A stretch of DNA of 64,000 nt, taken from the NCBI GenBank assembly GCA_016875735.1, contig VGOW01000005.1, positions 14,506 through 78,505 of the forward strand, written 5' to 3'. The translations under genes and the position numbers were made by a program. Shown piece by piece: positions 10,131 to 19,472 of this stretch (the first letter of the stretch is position 1; each line of letters begins with the position of its first letter). The stretch comes from Chloroflexota bacterium (lineage in GTDB: Bacteria; Chloroflexota; Anaerolineae; Anaerolineales; VGOW01). The notes beneath the pieces are model-generated. The model was not told where the DNA came from, did not search any database, and was given only the letters and a program-made list of their open reading frames with translations.

Positions 10131-10919
10131 TCAATCTTTGAGTATCCACACCAACACCCCTCCCATCACCACTCCGCCGATCGCGCCGGGCGGAAAACTG
10201 AGGAGAGGCATGAGGTTGCTCAACGGCACGGCCAGCGCCCACGCCAGCGCCGAGCCCGGAATCCACCACAGCGCCCGCTTCAAGTTTCGGCGCAGGAGGA
10301 GCCATTGACCCGCGCCCAAAACTGCGCCGCTCGCTGTGGCAGCCAATAGAAATTGCAGCCACTCTGCCAACGTTTCGCTGTTTTGCGTTCTGGTCAGGCC
10401 GTACGTGATCGCGTTGCCCGCCGCCCAGCAAGCCACAGTGATCGGAATCCAAGCGCCCACGCCGTTCAATCTTTTACGCAACAGCGCCCATTGATACAAG
10501 CCGGCGAGCGCTCCAGCAATTCCGCCGCTGACAATGCCCAGCCGAAGGTTGATGGAAAGCTCGCCTTCAACTTGTGAAGGGCCAGCCGCAGAGGCGGCGC
10601 AACAGAGGGCAGCGCCGGCGGTCACGCCCAACATGGACAGAATCACCGTGCGCGCTTTTTGCTTGAGTGTGCTCCACTGAACCAGGCCAACGAAGGCGGC
10701 AATAATAAAGCCCGCGATGGTTCCGCCGATAAGCGATGTCGACAACCGCGCCAGCGGCGGCGTGTTCAAATACATCTCAACCTCATCAGGATCCCAAATC
10801 CCAGAACTGAAGCCCATCACGGCTTGAATGGAGACGGCCACAATGGAGGCCAGGATCAGGCTCAAGGCCCAATTGACCCAAAGCCATGATGATGCGCGCC
10901 AGTTGAGATGCGAGTCCAT
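10131..10919 (-). CDS. Multi-pass membrane protein with repeated GxxQWxxL units
   Basis: Three GLVQW/GLYQW/GAGQW repeats, hydrophobic; start MDSHLNW chosen because the longer ORF overlaps the nitroreductase. Confidence 0.75.
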   Translation of the reverse strand: MDSHLNWRASSWLWVNWALSLILASIVAVSIQAVMGFSSGIWDPDEVEMYLNTPPLARLSTSLIGGTIAGFIIAAFVGLVQWSTLKQKARTVILSMLGVTAGAALCCAASAAGPSQVEGELSINLRLGIVSGGIAGALAGLYQWALLRKRLNGVGAWIPITVACWAAGNAITYGLTRTQNSETLAEWLQFLLAATASGAVLGAGQWLLLRRNLKRALWWIPGSALAWALAVPLSNLMPLLSFPPGAIGGVVMGGVLVWILKD

Positions 10920-10944
10920 ATCACCTGCACGTATTGCAGTTATC

Positions 10945-11472
10945 TTACTCGCCTTCCCCCTTCCATCTCTCCCAATGCAACATCTCATCCATCGCGCTCC
11001 TCCCGCCTTTCTTCTGCGCGGCGGCCAGCGCGGCAGAGTCCGCCGGGTAGCCGAACGAGATCGCGGCGCGGATGTGCAGATCATCGGGGAAGCCCAACAA
11101 CTCGCGGGCTTTGTCCGGTTCGTAAATGGTTGCCATGCACGAGCCGATGCCCATCTCCCACGCTTCGAGTTGCATGTAAGCGGCGGCCTGCCCGGCGTCG
11201 AACATGATCGACCAGCGCACGTCGGGGTGCACGGTGACGATGGCGATGCCCAGCGCCGCTCCGGCCAAATGCCCGGCAAACGTGCCGCACTCGGAGAGCG
11301 CCTTCAATCGCGCTTTGTCGCGGAGGGCGATGAAGTGCCACGGCTGCATGTTCTTCGCGCTCTGCGCTCTGCGCCCGGCGTTGACAATGCGATGCACGAT
11401 CTCATCAGAAATGGCTTGCTCAGAAAACTTTCGGACGGCTCGTTTGGTGCGAATGGCTTCGTGGACTTCCAT
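10945..11472 (-). CDS. Nitroreductase family protein
   Basis: IRTKRAVRKF, AQSAKNMQPWHF, GIGSC, ISFGYP. Confidence 0.92.
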   Translation of the reverse strand: MEVHEAIRTKRAVRKFSEQAISDEIVHRIVNAGRRAQSAKNMQPWHFIALRDKARLKALSECGTFAGHLAGAALGIAIVTVHPDVRWSIMFDAGQAAAYMQLEAWEMGIGSCMATIYEPDKARELLGFPDDLHIRAAISFGYPADSAALAAAQKKGGRSAMDEMLHWERWKGEGE

Positions 11473-11502
11473 AGTTCGGCTCCGTATTTCCGCGTACCAC
11501 CT

Positions 11503-13035
11503 TTACCCCGGCCTCATGCGGCCGCGAGTGGTTTTGCTCACCGCCTCGAACGTGGCCGCCGCGCTGTGTTCGAGCGAAGCGATCTCATTCAACCACAATC
11601 TGGCCGCCTCACGGTCTTTCACTTCGGCGGCATTGATGCGCACGTTGAGCACCGCCGCTCGCGCCGCCGCCAACGCAAGGCTCGCTGCCGAACCGGCGTC
11701 GCTGATCGCGTTCACATTCCCTTTTTCGGCGGCGATGGCCGTGAGGCCCAGCACGGTGGTGGCGTCGCGCGCCACCCGCAGGGGCGCCGCCGCCGCCGCG
11801 TGCATTGCTTTCTCAATGGCCTCATCGCGCGCTTCAACTTCCGCATCCGAATCCTTCGGCAGTTTGTAGGCCTTCATCACTTCGTCGAAAGCGGCGATGT
11901 CGGCGGCGACCGACGCGGTGAGATCGGCGCGCAACTTTTCGGCGGCGACGATCAACTCCTGCATCTCCGGCTCCACGTCGGCATATTTCTTTTTGCCCAC
12001 CGTCACCCGCGCCACCATGGCCACGAGCGCGGCGGCCATGGCTCCCGCGTATGCGCCCGCCGCGCCGCCGCCCGGAGTCGCCGTCCCGGCGGCAATCGAG
12101 TCGAGAAACTGGTTGGCGGCCTCCCCCGCGCCCACCGGCAAATCGGCGGCGGCCAGTTTGTTCTCGAAAATTTGATCATCCTGCAATCCGTCGAGCTGCC
12201 AATACCACTGCGCCGAGTCTACCAGCGCCGCCTGCGGAATCATCCCCACCAGCTCCGAGCGTGTGATGCTCGCGCCGTAGCGCGCGGCCTCGCGGCGGAT
12301 CATTTCCGCCACGCGATGCACCGGCGTCATTCTGAAATTCGTCAGGTTCATGCTCACTTGCGCCTGCCCATCCACGAGCAGGCCCAGCGCCTTCACATAC
12401 CTCAGCCCGCCCGACGATTGGCGAATGGCGCGCGCGATCTTTTTGGCGATGCCCACATCGCTCGTGTTGAGATAAACGTTGTAAGCAATGAGAAACGGCC
12501 TCGCGCCAATCACGGTCGCCCCGGCCTTGCCCAACTTCGATGGGCCGAAGTCGGGTTTGCGATCTGGATTATTTGCAATCTCCGTTTTCAGATCTTCGTA
12601 CTGGCCCCGCCGAATGTTTTCCAGATTTTCCCGATCGGGTCGGGTCGCCGCCGACTCATACAAGTACACCGGAATCCCCAACCCACTCCCGACTCGCTCG
12701 CCCAGCCTTCGCGCAATAGCCACGCAGTCGTCCATCGAGGCGTTGCGGATCGGAATGAAAGGCGCCACATCGGTCGCGCCGATGCGCGGGTGTTCGCCCG
12801 TGTGCTGATCCAGATCGATCAACTCGGCGGCTTTGGCGATGCCCGCGTACGCGCCCGCCTCGATGGCGGCGGCGTCGCCCACAAACGTCACCACCGTGCG
12901 GTTGTGATCGTGATCGGAACTGACGTTGAGCACGCGCACGCCCTGCGCCGACCTGATGGCTTCGACAATGGCCTGCACCACTTCGGGGCGGCGGGCCTCA
13001 GAAAAGTTTGGGACGCATTCGATAATCTGTGTCAT
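11503..13035 (-). CDS. ftcD: Glutamate formiminotransferase / formiminotetrahydrofolate cyclodeaminase (bifunctional)
   Basis: IECVPNFSE, DHDHNRTV, HPRIGATD, C-terminal TPGGGAA and GNVNAISD. Confidence 0.95.
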   Translation of the reverse strand: MTQIIECVPNFSEARRPEVVQAIVEAIRSAQGVRVLNVSSDHDHNRTVVTFVGDAAAIEAGAYAGIAKAAELIDLDQHTGEHPRIGATDVAPFIPIRNASMDDCVAIARRLGERVGSGLGIPVYLYESAATRPDRENLENIRRGQYEDLKTEIANNPDRKPDFGPSKLGKAGATVIGARPFLIAYNVYLNTSDVGIAKKIARAIRQSSGGLRYVKALGLLVDGQAQVSMNLTNFRMTPVHRVAEMIRREAARYGASITRSELVGMIPQAALVDSAQWYWQLDGLQDDQIFENKLAAADLPVGAGEAANQFLDSIAAGTATPGGGAAGAYAGAMAAALVAMVARVTVGKKKYADVEPEMQELIVAAEKLRADLTASVAADIAAFDEVMKAYKLPKDSDAEVEARDEAIEKAMHAAAAAPLRVARDATTVLGLTAIAAEKGNVNAISDAGSAASLALAAARAAVLNVRINAAEVKDREAARLWLNEIASLEHSAAATFEAVSKTTRGRMRPG

Positions 13036-13065
13036 GGGGTCGTGAGGAGAGAACGAGATGAAAGA

Positions 13066-13737
13066 TTAGAGATTGGGAGTTTGGAGTTTGTGATTTGGAG
13101 TTTTCAACGCAATGGTTTCTTTTCCGTACAGCCGGTCTTCGATTCGCCGAACGATCTGATCGAGGTGCTCATCATACAGCACGTAGTCGATGCTGTCGGT
13201 TTCCACCGTGAGCACCGGGCAGAGGGTGAAGTTGCCCGCCCAGCGATCATACAGCGCGTTGAGCCGGTCGAGATATTCAGCGGTGATGGATCGTTCGTAA
13301 TCTCTGCCGCGCTGGGCAATGCGCCGCAACAGAGTCGGCACTGAGGCCCTGAGATACACCACGAGATTGGGCGGGGTGAGCAACATGCGCAGCGTTCGAT
13401 ACAGATCGCAATAGGTTTGCCAATCGCGATCGGTCATGTGCCCCTGATTGAAGAGGTTGCAGGCGAATATCTCGGCGTCTTCGTACACACTGCGATCTTG
13501 TATCACCGACTTTTCGTGTTCGAGCATGGCATGGTGCTGTCGCAGACGCCGCGAGAGGAAGAAGGCCTGTGAGTGGAAACTCCAGCGGGGCATGTCATGA
13601 TAAAAATCGGCGAGATAGGGATTCTCCTCGAACGCCTCGAAGAACGGATCCCAACCCAGTCTTCGCGCCGCCAATTCGGCGAAGGTGGATTTGCCCACGC
13701 CGATGTTCCCGGCAATGGCGACGAAGTATTTGGTCAT
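13066..13737 (-). CDS. Deoxynucleoside kinase
   Basis: IAGNIGVGKST, NPYLADFY, QDRSVYED, RIAQRGRDYE. Confidence 0.93.
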   Translation of the reverse strand: MTKYFVAIAGNIGVGKSTFAELAARRLGWDPFFEAFEENPYLADFYHDMPRWSFHSQAFFLSRRLRQHHAMLEHEKSVIQDRSVYEDAEIFACNLFNQGHMTDRDWQTYCDLYRTLRMLLTPPNLVVYLRASVPTLLRRIAQRGRDYERSITAEYLDRLNALYDRWAGNFTLCPVLTVETDSIDYVLYDEHLDQIVRRIEDRLYGKETIALKTPNHKLQTPNL

Positions 13738-13813
13738 GCACGTAGTTTAGCCCAAAGAGGGGCAATGTCAAACGACACACCCTCGCCCGCGCGTTATGGT
13801 AGCATTGCCGCCT

Positions 13814-14725
13814 ATGAGTCAACTCTTCGCTATCTTTCTCAACGTCATCACCCCCGTGTTTTCGCTGGCGGCGCTCGGCTACTTCGCCGGGCCCAAATTG
13901 CAGCTCGACGCGCGCACCCTTTCGCGCTTTGCCTATTTCATTCTCATCCCGGCCTTCGTCTTCGACGTGATGAGCGCGGCGCAGATCGATCTCGCGCTGA
14001 CGGCGCGCATGGCCCTCTCGACAATAGCCGTGCATCTCGGCTGTGCGGCGCTGGGGTTCGCCGCGGCGCGCGCGCTGAGGCGCACGGCGCAGATGACGGC
14101 GGCCTACATGCTCATTGCCATCTTCGGCAATGTGGGCAACTTCGGCCTGCCCATCGTGCAATTTCGATTCCCCGACGAGCCGCGCGCGCTCGAAATCTCC
14201 ACCGTGTATTTCCTCGCCATCATGGTTGTGTCGTTTGTGGTAGGAGTGGCGGCGGCCAATTGGCATCGGGGCGGGAGCGTGAAGGCGGCGCTGGCGGTGA
14301 TCAAAACCCCGGCCCTGCTCGTCCTGCCTCCGGCCATCGTCGTCAACGCTCTCGATTTGTCCATCCCGCCGATGGTGGGCCGCGCCGTTTCTCTGTTGGC
14401 GGCGGCGATGATCCCCACGATGATCGTGGCGCTCGGCGTGCAGCTGGCCAGCGCCGGACTGCCGCGACTCAACTCGGACATGATTCTCTCGGCGGGCATC
14501 CGGCTCCTCGGCGGGCCGTTGCTGGCGGTGGCGCTTGCTGGCCCGTTCGGCCTCGGCGGAGTCGAGCGAAGCATCGGCATCATTCAGGCCAGTATGCCCG
14601 CGGCGGTGCTCACCTCCATCATCGCTTTCGAGAATGATCTCATTCCCGAATTTGTCACCGCTGCCGTGCTGTTCTCCACTGTCGCCAGCATTGTCACGCT
14701 CACGATAGCGCTGGCGTTGGTGTGA
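13814..14725 (+). CDS. AEC (auxin efflux carrier) family transporter
   Basis: GNVGNFGLP, QASMPAAV, about ten TM helices. Confidence 0.9.
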   Translation: MSQLFAIFLNVITPVFSLAALGYFAGPKLQLDARTLSRFAYFILIPAFVFDVMSAAQIDLALTARMALSTIAVHLGCAALGFAAARALRRTAQMTAAYMLIAIFGNVGNFGLPIVQFRFPDEPRALEISTVYFLAIMVVSFVVGVAAANWHRGGSVKAALAVIKTPALLVLPPAIVVNALDLSIPPMVGRAVSLLAAAMIPTMIVALGVQLASAGLPRLNSDMILSAGIRLLGGPLLAVALAGPFGLGGVERSIGIIQASMPAAVLTSIIAFENDLIPEFVTAAVLFSTVASIVTLTIALALV

Positions 14726-14728
14726 GAA

Positions 14729-15895
14729 TCAGGCCAGCGCCTCTTTCATGCGCTCCAATGCTTCCAGCAGTCGCGAACGCGGACAGCCGAAGTTGAGACG
14801 CACAAAACCGTCGCCGCCGGGCCCGAAAGTTTTGCCATCGTTGAACGCGACTTTTGCTTTCTCCAAAAAGAATGTGTGGGGGTCGCCGTCGATCCCGGCG
14901 TGGCGGCAATCGAGCCAAGCGAGGAAGGTGGCTTCGGGGACGGTGGTTTGGATGTCCGGTAGTTGGGTGGTTAAGCATTCAACGAGGGTGTCGCGATTCT
15001 CTTTGAGGTATTGACGGAGCGATGCGAGCCATTCATCGGTGTCGGGATCATCGCGGAAGGCGGCGAGGGCGGCGGCGAGGCCCAGGCTGTTGATCCACGG
15101 GATGTCGTCTTCGGTGGCGGCGAGGATCGTCGCCCGCGTTTTGGGATTGGGGGCGATGACGAATCCGCAAGCCAGCCCGGCGGTGTTGAATGTTTTGCTT
15201 GGCGCGACGAGGGTGATGGTTTGGCTGGCGATTTCGGGCGCGATGGCGGCCAGCGGGATGTGCGCCGATCCGTCGAGGATCAACTCGGAGTGAATCTCGT
15301 CGGCGCAGATGATGACGTTGCGCCGCAGGCAAATCTCGGCCAGGCGAGTCAGTTGATCGCGGGAGAAGACGAAGCCGCCGGGGTTGTGCGGGTTGCAGAG
15401 GAAATAGAGTTTGGCGCTCGGCGCGATGGCCTTCTCGAAAGCGTCGAAATCAATTTCGTAGTGAAAGGTGGGGCCGTCGGAGACGAGGGTGAGCGGGGTG
15501 GTTTGTAGCGCCCGCTGGTTGCGAACGGGCGCGGAAAGGAAGGGCGGATAGATGGGCGTGTGGGTGAGCACGCCATCGCCGGGCTGGCCGATAGCGCGGC
15601 ACACGGCGTTCATGGCGCGGACGAGGCCGGGCAGGGGGGTGATCTGATCGGGCGTGACGCGCCAGCGATACAGCCGCCACATTCGTTCGCACACCACTTC
15701 GAGGTGTTCGGCGGAGGGCTGTTCGTAGCCGAAGATGCCGTGCTCCACTTTGGCGCGCAGGGCTTCGAGGACCGCGCGGGGCGAGGCGAAGTCCATGTCG
15801 GCGAGCCACATCGGCAGAGCGTCGAGGGGGTATTTATTCCATTTGTAGCTGTTGCTCGGGCGGCGGTCGATGAGTTGATCGAAGTCGTAGGGCAT
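14729..15895 (-). CDS. MalY/PatB family PLP-dependent C-S lyase
   Basis: PMWLADMDF, CNPHNPGG, ADEIH, APSKTFNTAGL, RLNFGCPR. Confidence 0.93.
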   Translation of the reverse strand: MPYDFDQLIDRRPSNSYKWNKYPLDALPMWLADMDFASPRAVLEALRAKVEHGIFGYEQPSAEHLEVVCERMWRLYRWRVTPDQITPLPGLVRAMNAVCRAIGQPGDGVLTHTPIYPPFLSAPVRNQRALQTTPLTLVSDGPTFHYEIDFDAFEKAIAPSAKLYFLCNPHNPGGFVFSRDQLTRLAEICLRRNVIICADEIHSELILDGSAHIPLAAIAPEIASQTITLVAPSKTFNTAGLACGFVIAPNPKTRATILAATEDDIPWINSLGLAAALAAFRDDPDTDEWLASLRQYLKENRDTLVECLTTQLPDIQTTVPEATFLAWLDCRHAGIDGDPHTFFLEKAKVAFNDGKTFGPGGDGFVRLNFGCPRSRLLEALERMKEALA

Positions 15896-15903
15896 GGTTC
15901 GGA

Positions 15904-17445
15904 TCAATCGTAAAGATTCTTCCCCTCCAATTCCTTCTCGCGCTTTTGGACGAAGCCGGCGAGGGCTTGTTGGAGTGCCGCATCGAGCGGCGGCGGCTCG
16001 TAATGGGCGAGCATGTCCTTCCAAATTTGGTTGGCGCGTTTGGCCGCGTCCCACCCACCGGCGGCGGCCCACGTTTCGTATCCGAGTCGGTCGGCCAGCG
16101 CGGATTGATGGAATTCGGTGGCGAAGCGGGCCTGCGTGTGCGGCGTGCCGAAGTGATGGCCGCCGGGGCCGACTTCGTTGATCATGTCGAGGGCCAGCGT
16201 GTCGTCGTTGATCTCGAAGCCGCCGAAGAAGCGAATGAACATGGCCATGTTCTCGGCGTCGATGATCCATTTCTCGAACGAGGCGGTGAGGCCGCCCTCG
16301 AGCCAGCCGACCGAATGCAAAACAATGTGCGCGCCGGCCAGCATCACCGGCCACGCCGACCACAGAGATTCATAGGCCGCTTGCGCGTCGGGAACTTTGG
16401 CCGTGTTGAGACTGCCGCTCCCGCGAAACGGAATGCGGTAGCGGCGGGCGAGCTGCGCGCCGACGAGCGTGGCCCACGCCGCTTCGGGCGTGCCGAAGGC
16501 CGGAGCGCCGCTCTTCATATCGGTGGAGGTGGTGAAGTTACCGTACATCACCGGAGCGCCGGGCCGGACGATTTGGGTGAGGGCGATGCCCGCCAGCGCT
16601 TCGGCGTTTTGCTGGGTTAGCGCTCCGGCAATGGTGATCGGCCCCATCGCTCCGGCGGAGATGAACGGCGTGACGATGACGATTTGACCGGCGCGGGCGT
16701 AACTGATGAGGCCGCCGGCCATGCGATCATCGTACCGGAGCGGGCTGCTGCAATTAATGACGCCGCCCAGCACGGGGTCGCCGCCGATGTCGCCGAAGAC
16801 CATCTTCGCCATCTCGAAGCAATCCTGCGGGATGATGCGGCCATGCAGGGCTTCCATGATCGGCTTGTCGGTGTAGAGGAAATTGGCGCGCAGTCGGCGC
16901 AAGTGGCGGATGGATGACGGCGTGTCTTGCAACGCCACCATCTCGCCGCCATTGATGTGAATCACGTTGCACATCTGCCCCAACTTGCAGAAGTTCTCGT
17001 AATCTTGTGTTGTGCCGCGCCGCCGCCCGCGATCCAGATCCGAAGCGTAAGCCATGCCGACGTTGGGGGCCAGCGCGATGCGGTTGCTTCCGATGCGCAC
17101 GTTGCGCTCCGGGTTGCGCGCCCGCCAGGTGAATTCGGCGGGGGCTTGGGCGACGGTTTCCATCAGCAGACCGCGATCAATCCACACCATCTGCGAGGCG
17201 TGATCAACTTTCGCTCCGGCCTTTTCGTACAGACTCAGAGCCTCCGCATCCATCACGCACAGGCCCACTTCCTCCAGCAATCGCAGAGACGACTCGTGTA
17301 TCTTTTCGATCCCCTCCGGCGGGATGATTTCGAGCGGCGGGAATGGGTTGCGTAATTCCTTGAACGGAATTTTAGCCAGCGGAATCTCCGCTCGCCGCTC
17401 GCGCCGCGCGGCGTGTCGGCTCGTTCTATCGGGTGTCGTTCCCAT
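15904..17445 (-). CDS. Trimethylamine methyltransferase (MttB) family protein 1, non-pyrrolysine
   Basis: INCSSPLRYD, GAMGPITIAG, DMKSGAPAFGTPE, PDAQAAYES; no in-frame TAG. Confidence 0.92.
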   Translation of the reverse strand: MGTTPDRTSRHAARRERRAEIPLAKIPFKELRNPFPPLEIIPPEGIEKIHESSLRLLEEVGLCVMDAEALSLYEKAGAKVDHASQMVWIDRGLLMETVAQAPAEFTWRARNPERNVRIGSNRIALAPNVGMAYASDLDRGRRRGTTQDYENFCKLGQMCNVIHINGGEMVALQDTPSSIRHLRRLRANFLYTDKPIMEALHGRIIPQDCFEMAKMVFGDIGGDPVLGGVINCSSPLRYDDRMAGGLISYARAGQIVIVTPFISAGAMGPITIAGALTQQNAEALAGIALTQIVRPGAPVMYGNFTTSTDMKSGAPAFGTPEAAWATLVGAQLARRYRIPFRGSGSLNTAKVPDAQAAYESLWSAWPVMLAGAHIVLHSVGWLEGGLTASFEKWIIDAENMAMFIRFFGGFEINDDTLALDMINEVGPGGHHFGTPHTQARFATEFHQSALADRLGYETWAAAGGWDAAKRANQIWKDMLAHYEPPPLDAALQQALAGFVQKREKELEGKNLYD

Positions 17446-17450
17446 GATTC

Positions 17451-17527
17451 AACACCAAGACGCCAAGACACAAGGACACAAAGAGGTTTACTTTACTTTG
17501 TGTCTTCGCGCCTTTGAGTCTTCGTGA
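17451..17527. repeat. Intergenic imperfect palindrome, same family as 7513-7591
   Basis: ACACCAAGACGCCAAGACACAAGGACACAAAG...CTTTGTGTCTTCGCGCCTTTGAGTCTTCGTG. Confidence 0.75.
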
Positions 17528-18440
17528 TCAACCTCCTCCAGCCCACGCGCCCCAGCCGGTTCACGGCCAACACGGCGCTGATTAAGATGAGCGCACCGCC
17601 CGCCCACTGTGTGAGCGTCAGCCGCTCGCTCAAAAACAGCATTGACCAGATCACGGTGAGCAATGTTTCCAGCGGCGCAAGCAGACTCACCTGCGCCCCG
17701 CCGATGCGAGCAATGGCGGTGAACAAAAGCAGGCGGGCCAGATACGTGGTGACGACAACCAGCGCGATGATCAGCGCCCAGCCGTTCAATCCGGGATCGT
17801 GCCACTCGGCCCCCGTCGCAAACCAATAGCCCGCCGTCACCACAGCCATTGTGACCACCATGTACAGCGTGGCCGCGCGCGAGTCGTAGTGATTCAAATG
17901 CCATTGTGTGATCACAATCTGCAAGGGCACGGCGAGGAGCGACACGGCCACCAGCGCCGCGCCGATAAGATTCACCTGCCCGCCGGGGCCGATGAGCAAA
18001 TACACGCCGCCCAGCCCCAGCGCCAGCCGCGCCGCGTGGCGATACGTGAACCTCTCGCCGCGCAGAGCCAGCATCGCTAATGTGAACAACGGGCTGAGCG
18101 ACCAGATCATCGAAGCGATGGAGCTGTTGATGAACGTGAGCGACCAGAAGTAGGACAACATGCCCACGCCGTTTGCCAGCCCGGCCAGCGCACACCACAG
18201 CAGGCCTTTGCGATCCATGCGCAGCTGCGCCGGTTCGCCGATCAACAGCGTGACGAACAACATGACCGCCGTGATCGACAGTCTCAGCACCAACACCGTG
18301 CTGGGGTTGAGGCCGATGAGCACCGCCGCGCGAACCAGCGGCGTGGCAAAACTGAAGCACAGCGTGGAGACAAAGGCAACAATCCAGCCGACGCGAACGC
18401 GAGAGGAGGTTGTCGGCGCAACGGCGGCCGATGGGGTCAT
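17493..18440 (-). CDS. EamA/DMT family transporter
   Basis: Two EamA repeats, SLLAPLE...LFLSERL...GGALIL. Confidence 0.9.
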   Translation of the reverse strand: MTPSAAVAPTTSSRVRVGWIVAFVSTLCFSFATPLVRAAVLIGLNPSTVLVLRLSITAVMLFVTLLIGEPAQLRMDRKGLLWCALAGLANGVGMLSYFWSLTFINSSIASMIWSLSPLFTLAMLALRGERFTYRHAARLALGLGGVYLLIGPGGQVNLIGAALVAVSLLAVPLQIVITQWHLNHYDSRAATLYMVVTMAVVTAGYWFATGAEWHDPGLNGWALIIALVVVTTYLARLLLFTAIARIGGAQVSLLAPLETLLTVIWSMLFLSERLTLTQWAGGALILISAVLAVNRLGRVGWRRLITKTQRREDTK

Positions 18441-19309
18441 GCCCGCTTTACCTTTGAGCCCTCGTTGTCGGTGATCGCCGCCGTCACCGCGCCCGCGCCG
18501 TGCCCCATTCGCGCGCGCATCTTCGTGCGCAGGTCATAACTTGGCTTTCCGCCTTTCACCAGCGCCCACACGGCCAGCCCGCCCATACTCTGCCCGCAGG
18601 CCAACGCGCCCGCCTCGCGCATCACTGCCATCATCGCCTGCGCCTCATCCGATACGCGAGCCGAAGCCTGCAACTGCATTAGCTCATTCGCAAACGCGCC
18701 AATATCGTCGCTCACTATCGCCGCCCACAACGGCTCGATGTCGCGCGTTGCTTCGGCGTTCACCAGAGCCAGCCGCCGATCCTTTTCTAAAAATTGCGGC
18801 GTATCCTTTGGGGCGTGCGGCGTGTGGATGACGAACACCCATGTATGTTTGTCATCGTGCTTCAATTCGTGACGCCGGATCAAACTCCCGTCCGTTCCAG
18901 CCACAAGCACGCCGCCTCTGCCGTGACTCCACGCTTCGAGCGCCCACTCCGATCCCAACCCGATCTCCTCGCCGAGACCGTGCGGGTCTTCAAGACCCGC
19001 AAGGCCTCGCAAACCCTTCGCCACGCTCAACCCCATCATCGCCTCACCGCCCAACCCCATGTGCGCCGGGATCGCCAACTCGATCTCGATCTCGCCCTGC
19101 GGCGCCAAGCCATGATGCTCGAACCATCGGAGCGCCTGCTCGCGGGCAATGTTGGCTCGCCCGCCGGTCACGCTCAACTCGTCGCGCGGCCTCACACTCA
19201 TTTGAATGGGCGGATACTGAAGCGTGATGCCCAGCAGAGCCGGTTTGCCCTCGGCCATCACAAGGCCGAGAGGAAGACAGCATGGGGAAGTGATCTCGAT
19301 AGACATCAT
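18437..19309 (-). CDS. Divergent GHMP-kinase-fold protein resembling beta-RFAP synthase
   Basis: AIPAHMGLG, GQSMGGLAVW and C-terminal TDNEG resemble RFAP synthase motifs but are degenerate. Confidence 0.6.
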   Translation of the reverse strand: MMSIEITSPCCLPLGLVMAEGKPALLGITLQYPPIQMSVRPRDELSVTGGRANIAREQALRWFEHHGLAPQGEIEIELAIPAHMGLGGEAMMGLSVAKGLRGLAGLEDPHGLGEEIGLGSEWALEAWSHGRGGVLVAGTDGSLIRRHELKHDDKHTWVFVIHTPHAPKDTPQFLEKDRRLALVNAEATRDIEPLWAAIVSDDIGAFANELMQLQASARVSDEAQAMMAVMREAGALACGQSMGGLAVWALVKGGKPSYDLRTKMRARMGHGAGAVTAAITDNEGSKVKRA

Positions 19310-19371
19310 TGTAAGCCACGAATTGCGCGAATTTCTCGAATTATAGCGAATTGCAGTTGGGGCGATGGGCA

Positions 19372-19404
19372 AGACCGACGCGGTTTCCGAAACCGCGTCG
19401 GTCT
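19372..19404. repeat. Perfect 16-bp inverted repeat (REP-like)
   Basis: AGACCGACGCGGTTTC-C-GAAACCGCGTCGGTCT. Confidence 0.85.
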
Positions 19405-19472
19405 AAAAACCATCAGTTGGATGAAAATGATCAGCGTTCATCTTCTTTTTCAGCGTCATCTGCGCTCCGCGC

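Noticed and set aside
10828-13344. 838-aa plus-strand ORF and similar long shadow ORFs (6919-8856, 21452-23275, 29673-30923, 35755-37215)
   Set aside because: Antisense or alternate-frame shadows of well-supported genes, expected in GC-rich DNA; no motifs
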